A stretch of DNA of 57,465 nucleotides from a virus (taxonomy: Duplodnaviria > Caudoviricetes), in the IMG/VR virus record IMGVR_UViG_3300013132_000059, positions 1-57,465 of that record; one strand, given 5' to 3'. Positions 20,501 to 30,390 of the stretch are shown piece by piece. The position numbers were made by a program, and so were the translations under genes. The notes below the pieces were generated by a model, which was not told the DNA's origin, did no database searches, and saw only the letters and a program-made list of their open reading frames with translations. The stretch's first letter is position 1; each line of letters begins with the position of its first letter.

Positions 20501-23500
20501 TTAATTTCAGTTATATTAAAGCCGATGTTTGAATACCATGATTTCCAAGGTTCTTGATTTACTAAGTCTAAGTCGTTAACAGTTACTAGACTATTTTGAA
20601 AATTAGTAGATAATGCCTGTATTTTTAAATCTTTAAGATATGAAGGCAAGTCAAAATCTGTAATTAGACTTTGACTATTTTCTATATTAGAGTATATACT
20701 GGTAAATTCTCTAATTTTTGATCTATATGGCTTTACTTCTTGAATATATTTTTCAAAATCAGGTAAATTATCGCTATTATAATTAATTTTTTGACGTAAA
20801 GATCCTACATTATGCAGTGCTTTAATAAAACTAGTTTTACTAATCCAATCTACAAATAACTGTTCTGATAACACATATCTTAATGTAACAAAGAATAATT
20901 TAAGATAAATTTGTCTACGATCATCAACTAATAGTTTGTTTTTAAGACTGTTTAAAATTATTCTAAATTCTATAGAACCAAACCCATCATATAAATTAAT
21001 GTCATATAATGATCCATCAAAACCTAAACTAGTTAAAGGGTAATCATAAAATTTTGCACTTAATTGTATGCTCCCATTTTGTCTACCAATAACTTTATAT
21101 GATCTAGTATAGTCAATGTCAATGGTATCTGAATATTTTTGTAGCAATAACCAATCTGAACCAGGATTGTTAACTTTAACCAACTGACCTATATTTACAT
21201 TTAATGTGAAAAGTTCATAAGTAGCATTAATAATATAGTCAACTTTAGTAAATTGGTTATATCCATCACTATACCAATCTACATAATTCCAAAAGTTAGT
21301 TACATCATATTCCTGAGTTTTAATTTTAGTCCAAGTTCTACTATTAGAATTATATGAAAACATTGACCATAAATTAGATTCATTGGTTCTAACTAATGCA
21401 GTCAAAGGTCTAATAGTTAGACTGGTTGAATTAATATCATATCCTTGACCAGGATTTACTATAATAATTTTAATGATTATGCCCTGATCATTAATTTCGC
21501 TTTTTAGAACAGCATCTTTTCCTAATCCAGTTATTTTTATTTCAGGAGCAAATTTATAATTTAATCCACGATTAGTAAATTCAACATCTATAATTTTACC
21601 ACTTTTTATAATTGGTTTTATAAATGCTTGTCTGTGTGATTCTGCACTTATAAATTGTAATTCATCTTCGGTATCAATAATATAGTCGTATAGCCCATAG
21701 ATACTGTTTGGTATTTCGTCTTTTTTAAAGAAATCACTTAAGTCTAGATTATCAATTTGAATATTTTTTATTTCGTAATTAAATCTTTCAATAAATTGTT
21801 TTACTGCTTCTATTCTATTAATGAACATGCTTTGTCTAGGTTTAAACTTAACACCATACTTTTGTTTAGGGCTAAGATTTATATCAGGTACAGTATACCC
21901 ATTTTCATCTGATCCAATCAAACTATCAAACCATTTCCTTTCTAATTCAGTAGGAATTTTAGTTTTTTCATTTTCACTTATAATTTTCCATTCATTATGA
22001 ATAATAAGTTTTTCTTTTTCAGGTACAGTCCAATATTGAACACTTAGAACAACATTTTTATCTTCTACAACATTATATACGTTGGCTAACCCAAACGAAT
22101 TAGGACTTAAAAATTGTATGTATTTGATACCATAGTTAATTGGATTGGCTATTTGACCAGTTATATCAACTGCATTTACTTTTCTACCATTTACTGCTGG
22201 GGTTATTTTTTTATTTTTTACCCAAAAATAGTACACATTGCTGAATGTTTTACTTATAGAATCAAATTTTCTTTTTACACTATAAATTTTATTTCCGTAA
22301 AGACTAGTTCCGCTTATATTTCTAGTGAATCCTTCTTCTGTGCCTGATAGTGTATCCCATTGATCAGGGGTATATCTAGATTCTACCCATTCATAAATAT
22401 CTATGCTAGCAGTTGGGTATAAAGAATTCCAAGTAAAATTCCTAAAGGTTACATCACCCATAGTGCTATCTAGGAACTTGGCCCTTCTTAAATCCCACCA
22501 TAACATACCTACGTGTTTATCTAACCAATTCATACCATCATCTATATTAACTTTTATAGTATTTGAGTTAGTTTGAAAATTATAAATTGCTGGATCGTAG
22601 TATGTTTTGTATTTTATTTCTTGTTCAGCAACTCCTGCAATTTTACCCTGTACTGGATCTATTATATCTACATATGATACAAGTTGACTTGTCTTTTTAT
22701 TATATAAAAATATCTTCTTAAAACCATTAATGTCAATTTTAGGTTGTTGTTCTAAATAAAGGCGCCAACTATATTCGTTATTTTTCTTTGAATACACATA
22801 AACTTTGCCGATAGAATTTGCAGCAGGAGCACCAATTATAATATTATTATTACAAGCATCAAACCCTATACCGTATTCTTCTATTGAGTTTGGGGTAGGT
22901 AACGATTCTGAGAATATATACTTAGTAATATATCTATCATATACATCAATACGTCCAGAATCTCTGTTAATTCTACTAGAATCCTCACCTATTAATAGAT
23001 CCTTACTACTATCTCCGTACTTACTAAAAATTACCAATGTTTTTTCATCGTTGGCAAATTTTAGATAATAACCATATTGTTCACCTAACACTTCATCTGA
23101 TTCTGCATTTCTATTATCAATTGTTTGTAACAATGTATAGTTTACAGGCGGGACGGTTGAATCATCTAATGCATTTTCAGTTTTATAAATTCTTACTCTA
23201 CCTTGATTAGTATAATCAACAGTTTCATATGTGCTAGATATTGCTAGAAGTTCACCACTGTCTGAAATTGCCATTGCAAAGCCAAAACGTTCAGTGCGTC
23301 CTGGCAAGTCTAATATTTGTTGTCTTTGATAAAAATCAACTTTTCTTTCATAAGCGTAAACTTTACCGCCATCATTTAAACATGCACTTAAAACCAGTAT
23401 AGATCCATCTTTATTAACATCAAAATCATATGCAAACGGTTCTTCATCACAGTCACTAGGTTCTAGTCTATCAAATATTTGAAATGGTATTTGGTTAGTG

Positions 23501-26500
23501 CTAAGGTTAATATCGGATAATGTAGCATCGTATATGTAAATTTTACCAGAAATGCTTACTCCATTGGTAGAACTTATAAACAAACTATATTGGTAACTTT
23601 CTCCTACTTGCTTTTTTGTAAATCTTATTTTGTATCCATAAAAATTATCTAAGATTGGTGTATTAGTATAAACTTGTTCAGGATTAACAAGAGATTGTCT
23701 TAAATCATAATCACCTGTTATAGATAATTTGTATATTTTAACACATCCATTAGAATTTAAATTACAACCTATGGCAATTAAGGTATTATCTTCTGATATA
23801 GATAAGGATTTACCAAAATTTGTTGTATTAGAATCTTCTATGACCTGTGATTTTATCCAGTTTAGATTACTTTTTTTATAGACTCTTACTTGATTATTAG
23901 ATGAAATTAGTAATATGTTAGCATCTTTACTGATACAAACATATTGTCCCAGTCTAGATCCAATTGTTAATATAGAATCTGATATTTCTTTTTGAGAATA
24001 TACTGGTAAGTTTTGCCATATTATATGATCGCTATTGTTATTAAACCAAACTATTTCACCATAAGGCCAAAGTTCAGTTACTGGTCTAATATATTTAGGG
24101 ACTTCTAATTGATCAATATTTTCAAATCTATATTTTGCTATTTTAAAGGTTTTAAGTGGTGCAATTCCAGGTACTTCAATTTTAGAAATTAAATTAAATT
24201 GTACAACTTTATCATTAACTTGAACAACTTTTTCTATAACTCCAATGCCTTGATTATTTTTGAAAATTATTATATCGTTTACCATTAGTTTAGGATTAAT
24301 ATTGAAAGTAACTTGCGTTCTTTTGTTAACATTTACTATATTTGTTATTACTAAATCTAAATGATTTACCCTATATATTGACCAATCATCTTTAAACTCA
24401 TTGATCTTATTTTCAAATGCACACCATATATAATCACCATCTTCTAAAATCAAAGGATCTACTAGTAAAATATCATCTTTTTTGTCTAAAGCATATTTTA
24501 CCATGTCTAATCTACAAAATCCTGGTGTTTTTAGAAATGGCCTATAATTTTCATTCACAGGCCATATATTATCAGAATAATTTTTTGGTTTTAAATATAC
24601 ATCGTTCTTAGTTTGTCGTATAACATAGTCAGTAAGAGCATTATTAATAGTTGGTACTAATTCTAATGCTTGCGGTTCTATTTTAAATTGTGATTCATCT
24701 AAGACAAATTCAACTTCTTCAAATGCATCACTTGCTCCATATTCTCCAACTCTAACAGCCCATTCTTCAATAAAGTCAATACTATCAGTATTATTAGCAC
24801 TTAGTACATCAAAAAGTTTGTTTAAACTATTTACAGTACCTTTTTCAGTAATCATTCCTTGATAAAACTTAAATTCGCTAACATCATTTTTAATAATATT
24901 TTCTAAATATTGTCTTTTTTGATAACCAATTAAATGTTGCGCTATTCTTTGTTGGTTAATATCAAAGTTATCACTGTCTAAGTCATAAAAATCAGTGAAT
25001 TGAAGAGCCTTATAATCCCAATTAGGAAGCAGGCTAGATTCAGGCTTATCCTCTATTCTTATCCAGTAATTATTATCAAATTCCTCTGATCCAGGTATCG
25101 TTTCATTTGCAGTATAATAAAATTCTTTATACTTAATGATATCACCAAGACTATAATCTGTCCAAGGAATCCATTCTTTAATTATAGATTGGTCATAGAT
25201 AAATCCTGGGGCATCAAAACTTCCATTCCAATCGATAGTCTTATACCCCGCAATTCTTATTTTTTCTTGTCTATACCCTGTTTCAAGATTATAAATTATG
25301 TCATTAAATTGACTTGTATTATCAATAATCAATACATGCTCTTTTTGAACTAGGTAAATTGCTGCACCATATATTCCAGTTTCAGTTTTAGGATATAGAC
25401 TAAACTTATTATCATATCTAACGTAACTTAGTAATTGAGGATCATATTTGACACCATCAGCACTAAAAATTTCATAAACATTATTAGTTTCTCTAAGATC
25501 ATCTACTACACTATATGAAAGATTTAAGTTAATTTTTAAGGCACTAGGACTTAATGAAATTGCTGCTGCACCACTAGAGTTTAATTCATTTAATTTAATA
25601 TAATAATTAATATCAAAAAATGAGGAAGTTATATGGTCTCTTATAGCACGATAAAATTCGCCTTCGTAGTAAACTATATTATCTTCTTTATAACTTTTAT
25701 CTGATTCCCATTCAGTATATTGATCAACTCCTGAACTCCAATTTTGTGTAGTCCAAAATAAAAATTCTTTTATACTTGTATCCCAATTAGTTATTACTTT
25801 TAAATTTGTGTTAAATTCATCAAATTCAAATCCTTGATCTTTTAAATATTCGCCATAACCTTGTAAAAAGTCTACTACCTCTTGAATACTTAACAATATA
25901 GTACCATAGTTTAACATTACAGATTCTTTAATGAACGATGATCTTAAGTTAGCATCACGTCCACCAACTATAGGCAATTCAGGTATCTTTTGTAATAAAT
26001 CATAACTTGGTAATGTGCTACTAGTATGACTTATTTTGACTCTATAAAATAAATTATTAATTTTTACTATATTACCTGCTACATATCTTTGATTAGAATT
26101 CCACTCGATATAACTCTCACTAATTCCACCAACATTAATATTATACCCAGGTTTGTCCCATGAATAATAGTAAAAATAAGGTTGTGTTTGACTATATCCT
26201 TTTATTTCATAACCCAATCCACTTTTAGTTAAGAGTTTAGTTATTATAACACCACTATAGAATAACTTTTTAATAGGAGAACTTGAATTTAAGAAAATCT
26301 TATAATTTTCTTTCGGAACAAATACCCCAGATGATGAACTTACGCTCTTACTATCTAAAATTAAATTAAATTTTTCTCTACTACTAAATCCTCCCAATCT
26401 ATGACTTAATTTGTTAGTTAAGTTTTTTAAATCATATCTATATTGATTAATTGCATTGGTATTATCACTAATCAAATAATCTGTAACATAATTAACTAAT

Positions 26501-29500
26501 CCAGATGTTTGTACTCTTGAATTATCAGAAAATATACTTGTTGTTAAAATATCCTTAAGTCTTAAACGTAGTCCTGTATCTTTATAAACAAGTTGATCTG
26601 CTTGATTTCTTATAATTTTAGATCTATCATATAATAATGCAAAAACTTTATTTGGCTGCATTAGTAAAATTGTTTTAATTAAACTGAATGCATAGTAACT
26701 ACTTCTACGCCAAGTGTTTTCTACAGGTCCTTGATCCCCAAATATAAACCCTTTATCAGTTTTTATATTAAAGATACTGGAAGTGATATTAGTTTCTATA
26801 GGATTTAATAAATTACCAATTTCGTCTACAGGAATATTTACTAAGTGTGGTCTTATAAATTTAGGATGTTTTTTAATAGGTTTATTTGGCTCTCTTACTA
26901 TAGCATCTTTTAAATCGTTCCATAGAATTAAATTGTTATTGGTATATGGTGCAGGGCCATAAACTTGATCCCACCAACTTGGTTTTATACTAAACCCTAA
27001 ACTTTCCCATGGACAAATATGTATACGATCTGTATCATAATACCATTTGTAAATACCTCTCCAAAAACCTTGTAAACTATCGCCATCATTGTTTACAGCC
27101 TCATTGTAATTGTAGGTAAAAGGATTAGAATTTAAAAAAAGTAACTGTTTAGTATAATCAGTATCAATTAATGTAGTCCATTTAAAAAAGTTAGGTGATA
27201 ATATTTTATTAAATTCTTGGAAACTGTAGGCTGTGTTTCTGTTTATACCAGGTATATAGTCGTAAATATCAAATAATTTAGGATCATATTCAACTTTAAT
27301 ATTGTTAAAAATTCTTTTTTCTAATTCTAAAATTAAATCATCTCTATTGTCATCATATGCTAATATGATACTGCCATCATGTCCTTGTATTACATTTCTT
27401 GGCTCAATTAATGTAGTATCTAAATACTTTTTAGGTTCATATTTTGGATACATTCCTAAACTTGTAGGAGTAGATGGTATAAAACAACCATCTGTTCTTT
27501 CATATTCTACTAAGGTTATTAGATCATTTTCGTTTTTTAAAGCAGTAATTCTAACAAATCCATCACCTGTAAATATGTAATCTCTGTCATGAACTAATTG
27601 TACTTCATTTAAGTACACATATAAACTTTTTGGACTGATTTCTTTTAGAGTAAAATTGCTTGACAAAGGATATTTTTCTGTTTTAGGATCTTTTACTGTA
27701 AAATTAAAAACACTTTTAGCACCATATCCTATCATGTCACTAAAATAATAAGGACTTTGTTTTGTTTTTCCTTTATTAACTATGTCTAAAACTTCGTCAA
27801 TTATTTCTCTAACTAACAGAGTTTCATTTACATTAGTGATATTGTATAAAAAACTTCTTTTAAATTTACCATAATCGTCTCTAGCCTGATCAATGCTTTT
27901 TACAATACTGGCATTTTTATCAGTTAAATGATATAAACTTAAATTTAAACTTCCACTGTGTTGTACGAACTTAGTTCCAAAACTGCTTAAATTAGATATA
28001 TCTCTTAAATTTCCACTACCTGGATATATTCCCTCAAAGTTAGGCAAATGATCAATTATTGAGTCAACATGATCAATAATTTCACCTAAAGTAAAATTTC
28101 TAATTTTATTATTTTCAGGATTATTTTGAAAATTTAACGGAAATTCATAGTGACCATTGTTGTTCTTTCTCTGTTTAGCATAACATTTTATTGATACAAT
28201 ATCAGATTCTAAAATATCATTATCAAGTATAACAATTTTATATTCAATATCGTTTAGAACATTGTAATATTTTTTATCTAATCTTATACCATTAATATAA
28301 ACTTTTACAATTAAGTCATCTAAATTATTAATATCATCATAAACATCAATTAAAAATTCATTCCTAGTATTATCATTGTATATTCTTATAATAGGTTGTG
28401 TATTTTCTATTCTGCACTTAGTCCATCCATTTACTAGTTTTTCTTCTCCTACTGGGGAGAAAACTTTTAGAAATTTATTATCAATATTTTCTACAACAAT
28501 AGATTCATTAACTTTGTATTGATAAGTTTGATCACTTAAATCAAAATTAAATAAAATATCGCCTATATTATTGATATTCTTATAACTAAGTGCAAAGCCA
28601 AGTTCCTTATCCTGTGTTCCTGAATTTTGTGAATAAGAAAATATTTTTGTTCCTTTAAAAGTTGAACCAGTATATTTAAAATTATCATTTAAAGAAATAC
28701 TGTCTTGATCAAATAGATCAAAAAATGGACTTTGATTTACTGAGGATTTAGTTTGGGCAAAGATCCAATCGCTGCCATCAAACCAAAACATCTGACCGGC
28801 ATATTGGTTTCCTAACATGACCAATGCACATTCATTTAACATAGGCTCAGTATCTGGTTCTAATGCTAAATGTATTCTTCTTGAAGTTACTCCTGTATCT
28901 TCATCGTATAAATTCAGAAATTCTACTTTATAAACTCTGTTTTTAACCAGTATATCTTTATCTGCATTAAAGATTACTCTATGACCGCTTACTAGTTCTA
29001 CACCATCTATATAAAAACCTAAAGCACCTTCTACAGTACTAAATGCATCTTTAGTAAAATTATCAACTAAATCTACATTCTTTTTACTAAAAGATCCAAA
29101 ATTAAATAATTTAATATTAGGTTTAAATTCAATTATCGGTCTTGTGCCCCTTTGTGCTTGATCAAATATTGGCTGTTTTCCTAAAATTTCAGCAGTTTTT
29201 ACTATGACATCTTGATGAAACCATCTATTGTACCTACTCCAAGGGTTACGATCTCTACTTGCTCTATTAATTGTTATATAATCTTTTTTAAGAGCAGCAT
29301 ACTTTACTTCGCTGTATGGTAATTGATCAAAATTAGATTCATCAAAGTTCACAGTAAAATTTTCTGTGTAAGTTGCGGCTAGTTCTAAACTTTTTTCTCT
29401 AATTAATTGTATTGACTCACCTACACCTTCAACATAAAATATTTCATCTTCATATTCTTTTGGTGTCACTTGTCCTACAAACTTAATCTTCATGCCGTTT

Positions 29501-30390
29501 GTTAGACTAATACCGTTACTCAAACTAAAATTTTTCTTTCCTATAAATTCTTCTTCAACATTAATTTTAGTATTTTCAATTATATCAAATATTTTTATTA
29601 TACCACTTGTATCAATATTATTTTCACTAACATAATATAAGACATCTGGAGCATCCATAGGAACTTGAAAAGTTATTACACCTTCAGTTACAGCAAAATT
29701 ATCTATTCCTTCTAGATATCTAAATTCGGACCCAGTAACTCTATCAGTCTTAATACTAAATGGCTCCGTCAATGAAGATATATCAAACTTATAAGTTTCA
29801 CCTCTATATAATTTTAGTACTGGATTTCTTGTTAATCCATCTGGGCTAAAGAGATAAGCAAAATTATCGCCTTCATCTACTGTGGTAATTGTATAGGTAC
29901 TAACGGTATTAAGTATTTTTGTTCCACTAACAGGTACAATATCAGGACCAAAAGGTAACCAATAATACTGTAAGTAGTTTACAATTTTATCCCAATCAAT
30001 ATGAGGTTCCCAACTATACATCTCTTGTTGATTAAGTCTTTGATGATTATCAGTAATTCCACCTAATACATTAATGGTATTGATATAATCCAAGTAGTCC
30101 TTAAAAAAGTTTATATTTCCTAGATTATCTTGAGAAACTAAAGATGGTTCTAGTTGATAATCTTGTCTATCTTTTAAGGGTGCTTGCAAAAATACATCTG
30201 ATTTTGTTACAGACTTAGCATTTTGTCTACCAATGTAACCATTAAGACGCCGTACAGTTCCATTTTGAATTAAATTATCTACAGTTGCAGCAAGGAATTT
30301 TTTGTTAGAATCAGATCTGAAAAATCTTGGTAGAAATCTTTCTGATTTTCTTTTTTCATTACCATCAATAGGAACTCCAAACTCTTCCAT
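17548..30390 (-). CDS. Giant (4,280 aa) baseplate wedge/structural protein, gp7-like by position
   Basis: Uninterrupted ORF between gp6 and a gp9-like gene. It has FG-GAP-like propeller repeats, G.GY...P repeats, CBM-like modules, V.ING Ig-like repeats and a KPYRSKIREF motif. Confidence 0.7.
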   Translation of the reverse strand: MEEFGVPIDGNEKRKSERFLPRFFRSDSNKKFLAATVDNLIQNGTVRRLNGYIGRQNAKSVTKSDVFLQAPLKDRQDYQLEPSLVSQDNLGNINFFKDYLDYINTINVLGGITDNHQRLNQQEMYSWEPHIDWDKIVNYLQYYWLPFGPDIVPVSGTKILNTVSTYTITTVDEGDNFAYLFSPDGLTRNPVLKLYRGETYKFDISSLTEPFSIKTDRVTGSEFRYLEGIDNFAVTEGVITFQVPMDAPDVLYYVSENNIDTSGIIKIFDIIENTKINVEEEFIGKKNFSLSNGISLTNGMKIKFVGQVTPKEYEDEIFYVEGVGESIQLIREKSLELAATYTENFTVNFDESNFDQLPYSEVKYAALKKDYITINRASRDRNPWSRYNRWFHQDVIVKTAEILGKQPIFDQAQRGTRPIIEFKPNIKLFNFGSFSKKNVDLVDNFTKDAFSTVEGALGFYIDGVELVSGHRVIFNADKDILVKNRVYKVEFLNLYDEDTGVTSRRIHLALEPDTEPMLNECALVMLGNQYAGQMFWFDGSDWIFAQTKSSVNQSPFFDLFDQDSISLNDNFKYTGSTFKGTKIFSYSQNSGTQDKELGFALSYKNINNIGDILFNFDLSDQTYQYKVNESIVVENIDNKFLKVFSPVGEEKLVNGWTKCRIENTQPIIRIYNDNTRNEFLIDVYDDINNLDDLIVKVYINGIRLDKKYYNVLNDIEYKIVILDNDILESDIVSIKCYAKQRKNNNGHYEFPLNFQNNPENNKIRNFTLGEIIDHVDSIIDHLPNFEGIYPGSGNLRDISNLSSFGTKFVQHSGSLNLSLYHLTDKNASIVKSIDQARDDYGKFKRSFLYNITNVNETLLVREIIDEVLDIVNKGKTKQSPYYFSDMIGYGAKSVFNFTVKDPKTEKYPLSSNFTLKEISPKSLYVYLNEVQLVHDRDYIFTGDGFVRITALKNENDLITLVEYERTDGCFIPSTPTSLGMYPKYEPKKYLDTTLIEPRNVIQGHDGSIILAYDDNRDDLILELEKRIFNNIKVEYDPKLFDIYDYIPGINRNTAYSFQEFNKILSPNFFKWTTLIDTDYTKQLLFLNSNPFTYNYNEAVNNDGDSLQGFWRGIYKWYYDTDRIHICPWESLGFSIKPSWWDQVYGPAPYTNNNLILWNDLKDAIVREPNKPIKKHPKFIRPHLVNIPVDEIGNLLNPIETNITSSIFNIKTDKGFIFGDQGPVENTWRRSSYYAFSLIKTILLMQPNKVFALLYDRSKIIRNQADQLVYKDTGLRLRLKDILTTSIFSDNSRVQTSGLVNYVTDYLISDNTNAINQYRYDLKNLTNKLSHRLGGFSSREKFNLILDSKSVSSSSGVFVPKENYKIFLNSSSPIKKLFYSGVIITKLLTKSGLGYEIKGYSQTQPYFYYYSWDKPGYNINVGGISESYIEWNSNQRYVAGNIVKINNLFYRVKISHTSSTLPSYDLLQKIPELPIVGGRDANLRSSFIKESVMLNYGTILLSIQEVVDFLQGYGEYLKDQGFEFDEFNTNLKVITNWDTSIKEFLFWTTQNWSSGVDQYTEWESDKSYKEDNIVYYEGEFYRAIRDHITSSFFDINYYIKLNELNSSGAAAISLSPSALKINLNLSYSVVDDLRETNNVYEIFSADGVKYDPQLLSYVRYDNKFSLYPKTETGIYGAAIYLVQKEHVLIIDNTSQFNDIIYNLETGYRQEKIRIAGYKTIDWNGSFDAPGFIYDQSIIKEWIPWTDYSLGDIIKYKEFYYTANETIPGSEEFDNNYWIRIEDKPESSLLPNWDYKALQFTDFYDLDSDNFDINQQRIAQHLIGYQKRQYLENIIKNDVSEFKFYQGMITEKGTVNSLNKLFDVLSANNTDSIDFIEEWAVRVGEYGASDAFEEVEFVLDESQFKIEPQALELVPTINNALTDYVIRQTKNDVYLKPKNYSDNIWPVNENYRPFLKTPGFCRLDMVKYALDKKDDILLVDPLILEDGDYIWCAFENKINEFKDDWSIYRVNHLDLVITNIVNVNKRTQVTFNINPKLMVNDIIIFKNNQGIGVIEKVVQVNDKVVQFNLISKIEVPGIAPLKTFKIAKYRFENIDQLEVPKYIRPVTELWPYGEIVWFNNNSDHIIWQNLPVYSQKEISDSILTIGSRLGQYVCISKDANILLISSNNQVRVYKKSNLNWIKSQVIEDSNTTNFGKSLSISEDNTLIAIGCNLNSNGCVKIYKLSITGDYDLRQSLVNPEQVYTNTPILDNFYGYKIRFTKKQVGESYQYSLFISSTNGVSISGKIYIYDATLSDINLSTNQIPFQIFDRLEPSDCDEEPFAYDFDVNKDGSILVLSACLNDGGKVYAYERKVDFYQRQQILDLPGRTERFGFAMAISDSGELLAISSTYETVDYTNQGRVRIYKTENALDDSTVPPVNYTLLQTIDNRNAESDEVLGEQYGYYLKFANDEKTLVIFSKYGDSSKDLLIGEDSSRINRDSGRIDVYDRYITKYIFSESLPTPNSIEEYGIGFDACNNNIIIGAPAANSIGKVYVYSKKNNEYSWRLYLEQQPKIDINGFKKIFLYNKKTSQLVSYVDIIDPVQGKIAGVAEQEIKYKTYYDPAIYNFQTNSNTIKVNIDDGMNWLDKHVGMLWWDLRRAKFLDSTMGDVTFRNFTWNSLYPTASIDIYEWVESRYTPDQWDTLSGTEEGFTRNISGTSLYGNKIYSVKRKFDSISKTFSNVYYFWVKNKKITPAVNGRKVNAVDITGQIANPINYGIKYIQFLSPNSFGLANVYNVVEDKNVVLSVQYWTVPEKEKLIIHNEWKIISENEKTKIPTELERKWFDSLIGSDENGYTVPDINLSPKQKYGVKFKPRQSMFINRIEAVKQFIERFNYEIKNIQIDNLDLSDFFKKDEIPNSIYGLYDYIIDTEDELQFISAESHRQAFIKPIIKSGKIIDVEFTNRGLNYKFAPEIKITGLGKDAVLKSEINDQGIIIKIIIVNPGQGYDINSTSLTIRPLTALVRTNESNLWSMFSYNSNSRTWTKIKTQEYDVTNFWNYVDWYSDGYNQFTKVDYIINATYELFTLNVNIGQLVKVNNPGSDWLLLQKYSDTIDIDYTRSYKVIGRQNGSIQLSAKFYDYPLTSLGFDGSLYDINLYDGFGSIEFRIILNSLKNKLLVDDRRQIYLKLFFVTLRYVLSEQLFVDWISKTSFIKALHNVGSLRQKINYNSDNLPDFEKYIQEVKPYRSKIREFTSIYSNIENSQSLITDFDLPSYLKDLKIQALSTNFQNSLVTVNDLDLVNQEPWKSWYSNIGFNITEIKISDSGSGYLNRPIIEFEGPCTRPAKARAFIVKGSIAKIEILDQGEGYFIPPKVIINSNISKDGTIAKAYAVIGSNLIRTNKISMKFDRYLKEKFEDIRPITIEDTFEGNNVQTIFRLRYKPNLNSNTVVVKINEQDQVIGSFNINPLTSLSRGFTEYYAEIVFVEPPDDNSIIKVTYQKDFVHLNALERIYHYYDPQSGMIGRDFAQLMNGIDYGGVNIIGVGFEKPNSWDGVYGWGEKAWDASVPTDDEIYDTIIDGGNLNASSAYRTASGLRADDIIIDGDGFITPNTSPAPEEMLPGHVVDSVAITVFERSLTTSSNITSNNFVSDGVNKSFKISQYPNNKNAIIVKINNHILKPNIDYKFNYDNLIVILNDPAPISSVISVTSLGFNGENLLINDLQVVSENTNTIITDVDWQENIVAYTLVSGDITNHELFRTENLQTLDNKIGIRFPFELEIGQVVNYSIFLGDTLNQSIVSRETIVSNGTSKKYYLNNPVGKKIPLDPNTIVRINDIILNSTDSFKYTLSNNNLVYDIPAGKADIDIYSLNDYIIYINGEQVELGIGYTLDLINSKLNIKTNYYKDQAEVIVTVIKDADYFIRTDTDGTYIQFKSAYTAGSEIEVIAMFNHDILNIERKYYIIEPKLNNFFNSVYYLSLVQISAGIFTFDREVLDSSYIWVTKNKKLLTPNIDYILLDDKKSIRIAGQPSPTDKFGIITFSGNVVRNPVSFMKFKDMLNRFHYKRITRNRTTNLEVDLHYNDKELFVEDPSKINNAPGVLYVNGERIEYYFRVGNRIGQLRRGTYGTGVPTVHKKFTKVYDIGDSETVPYEDEDIIYRISDVDFNDSTKTITIPFVANKNNIEVFIGTRRLKKNQYILHNKDVHPESPEGDEVQLAEFTTDGINHGTTSNRIGYVVLKEMPLPNIPITVVIKKLTYWGDPDKSLSESNNKVAYFLKYNVENIVGTELSADSGLYSADSDDIIMDEE

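Noticed and set aside
17548-30390. Intein in the giant ORF, or in portal or gp46
   Set aside because: No C...HN-C/S/T splice motifs or LAGLIDADG blocks were noticed, and portal and gp46 lengths look normal.
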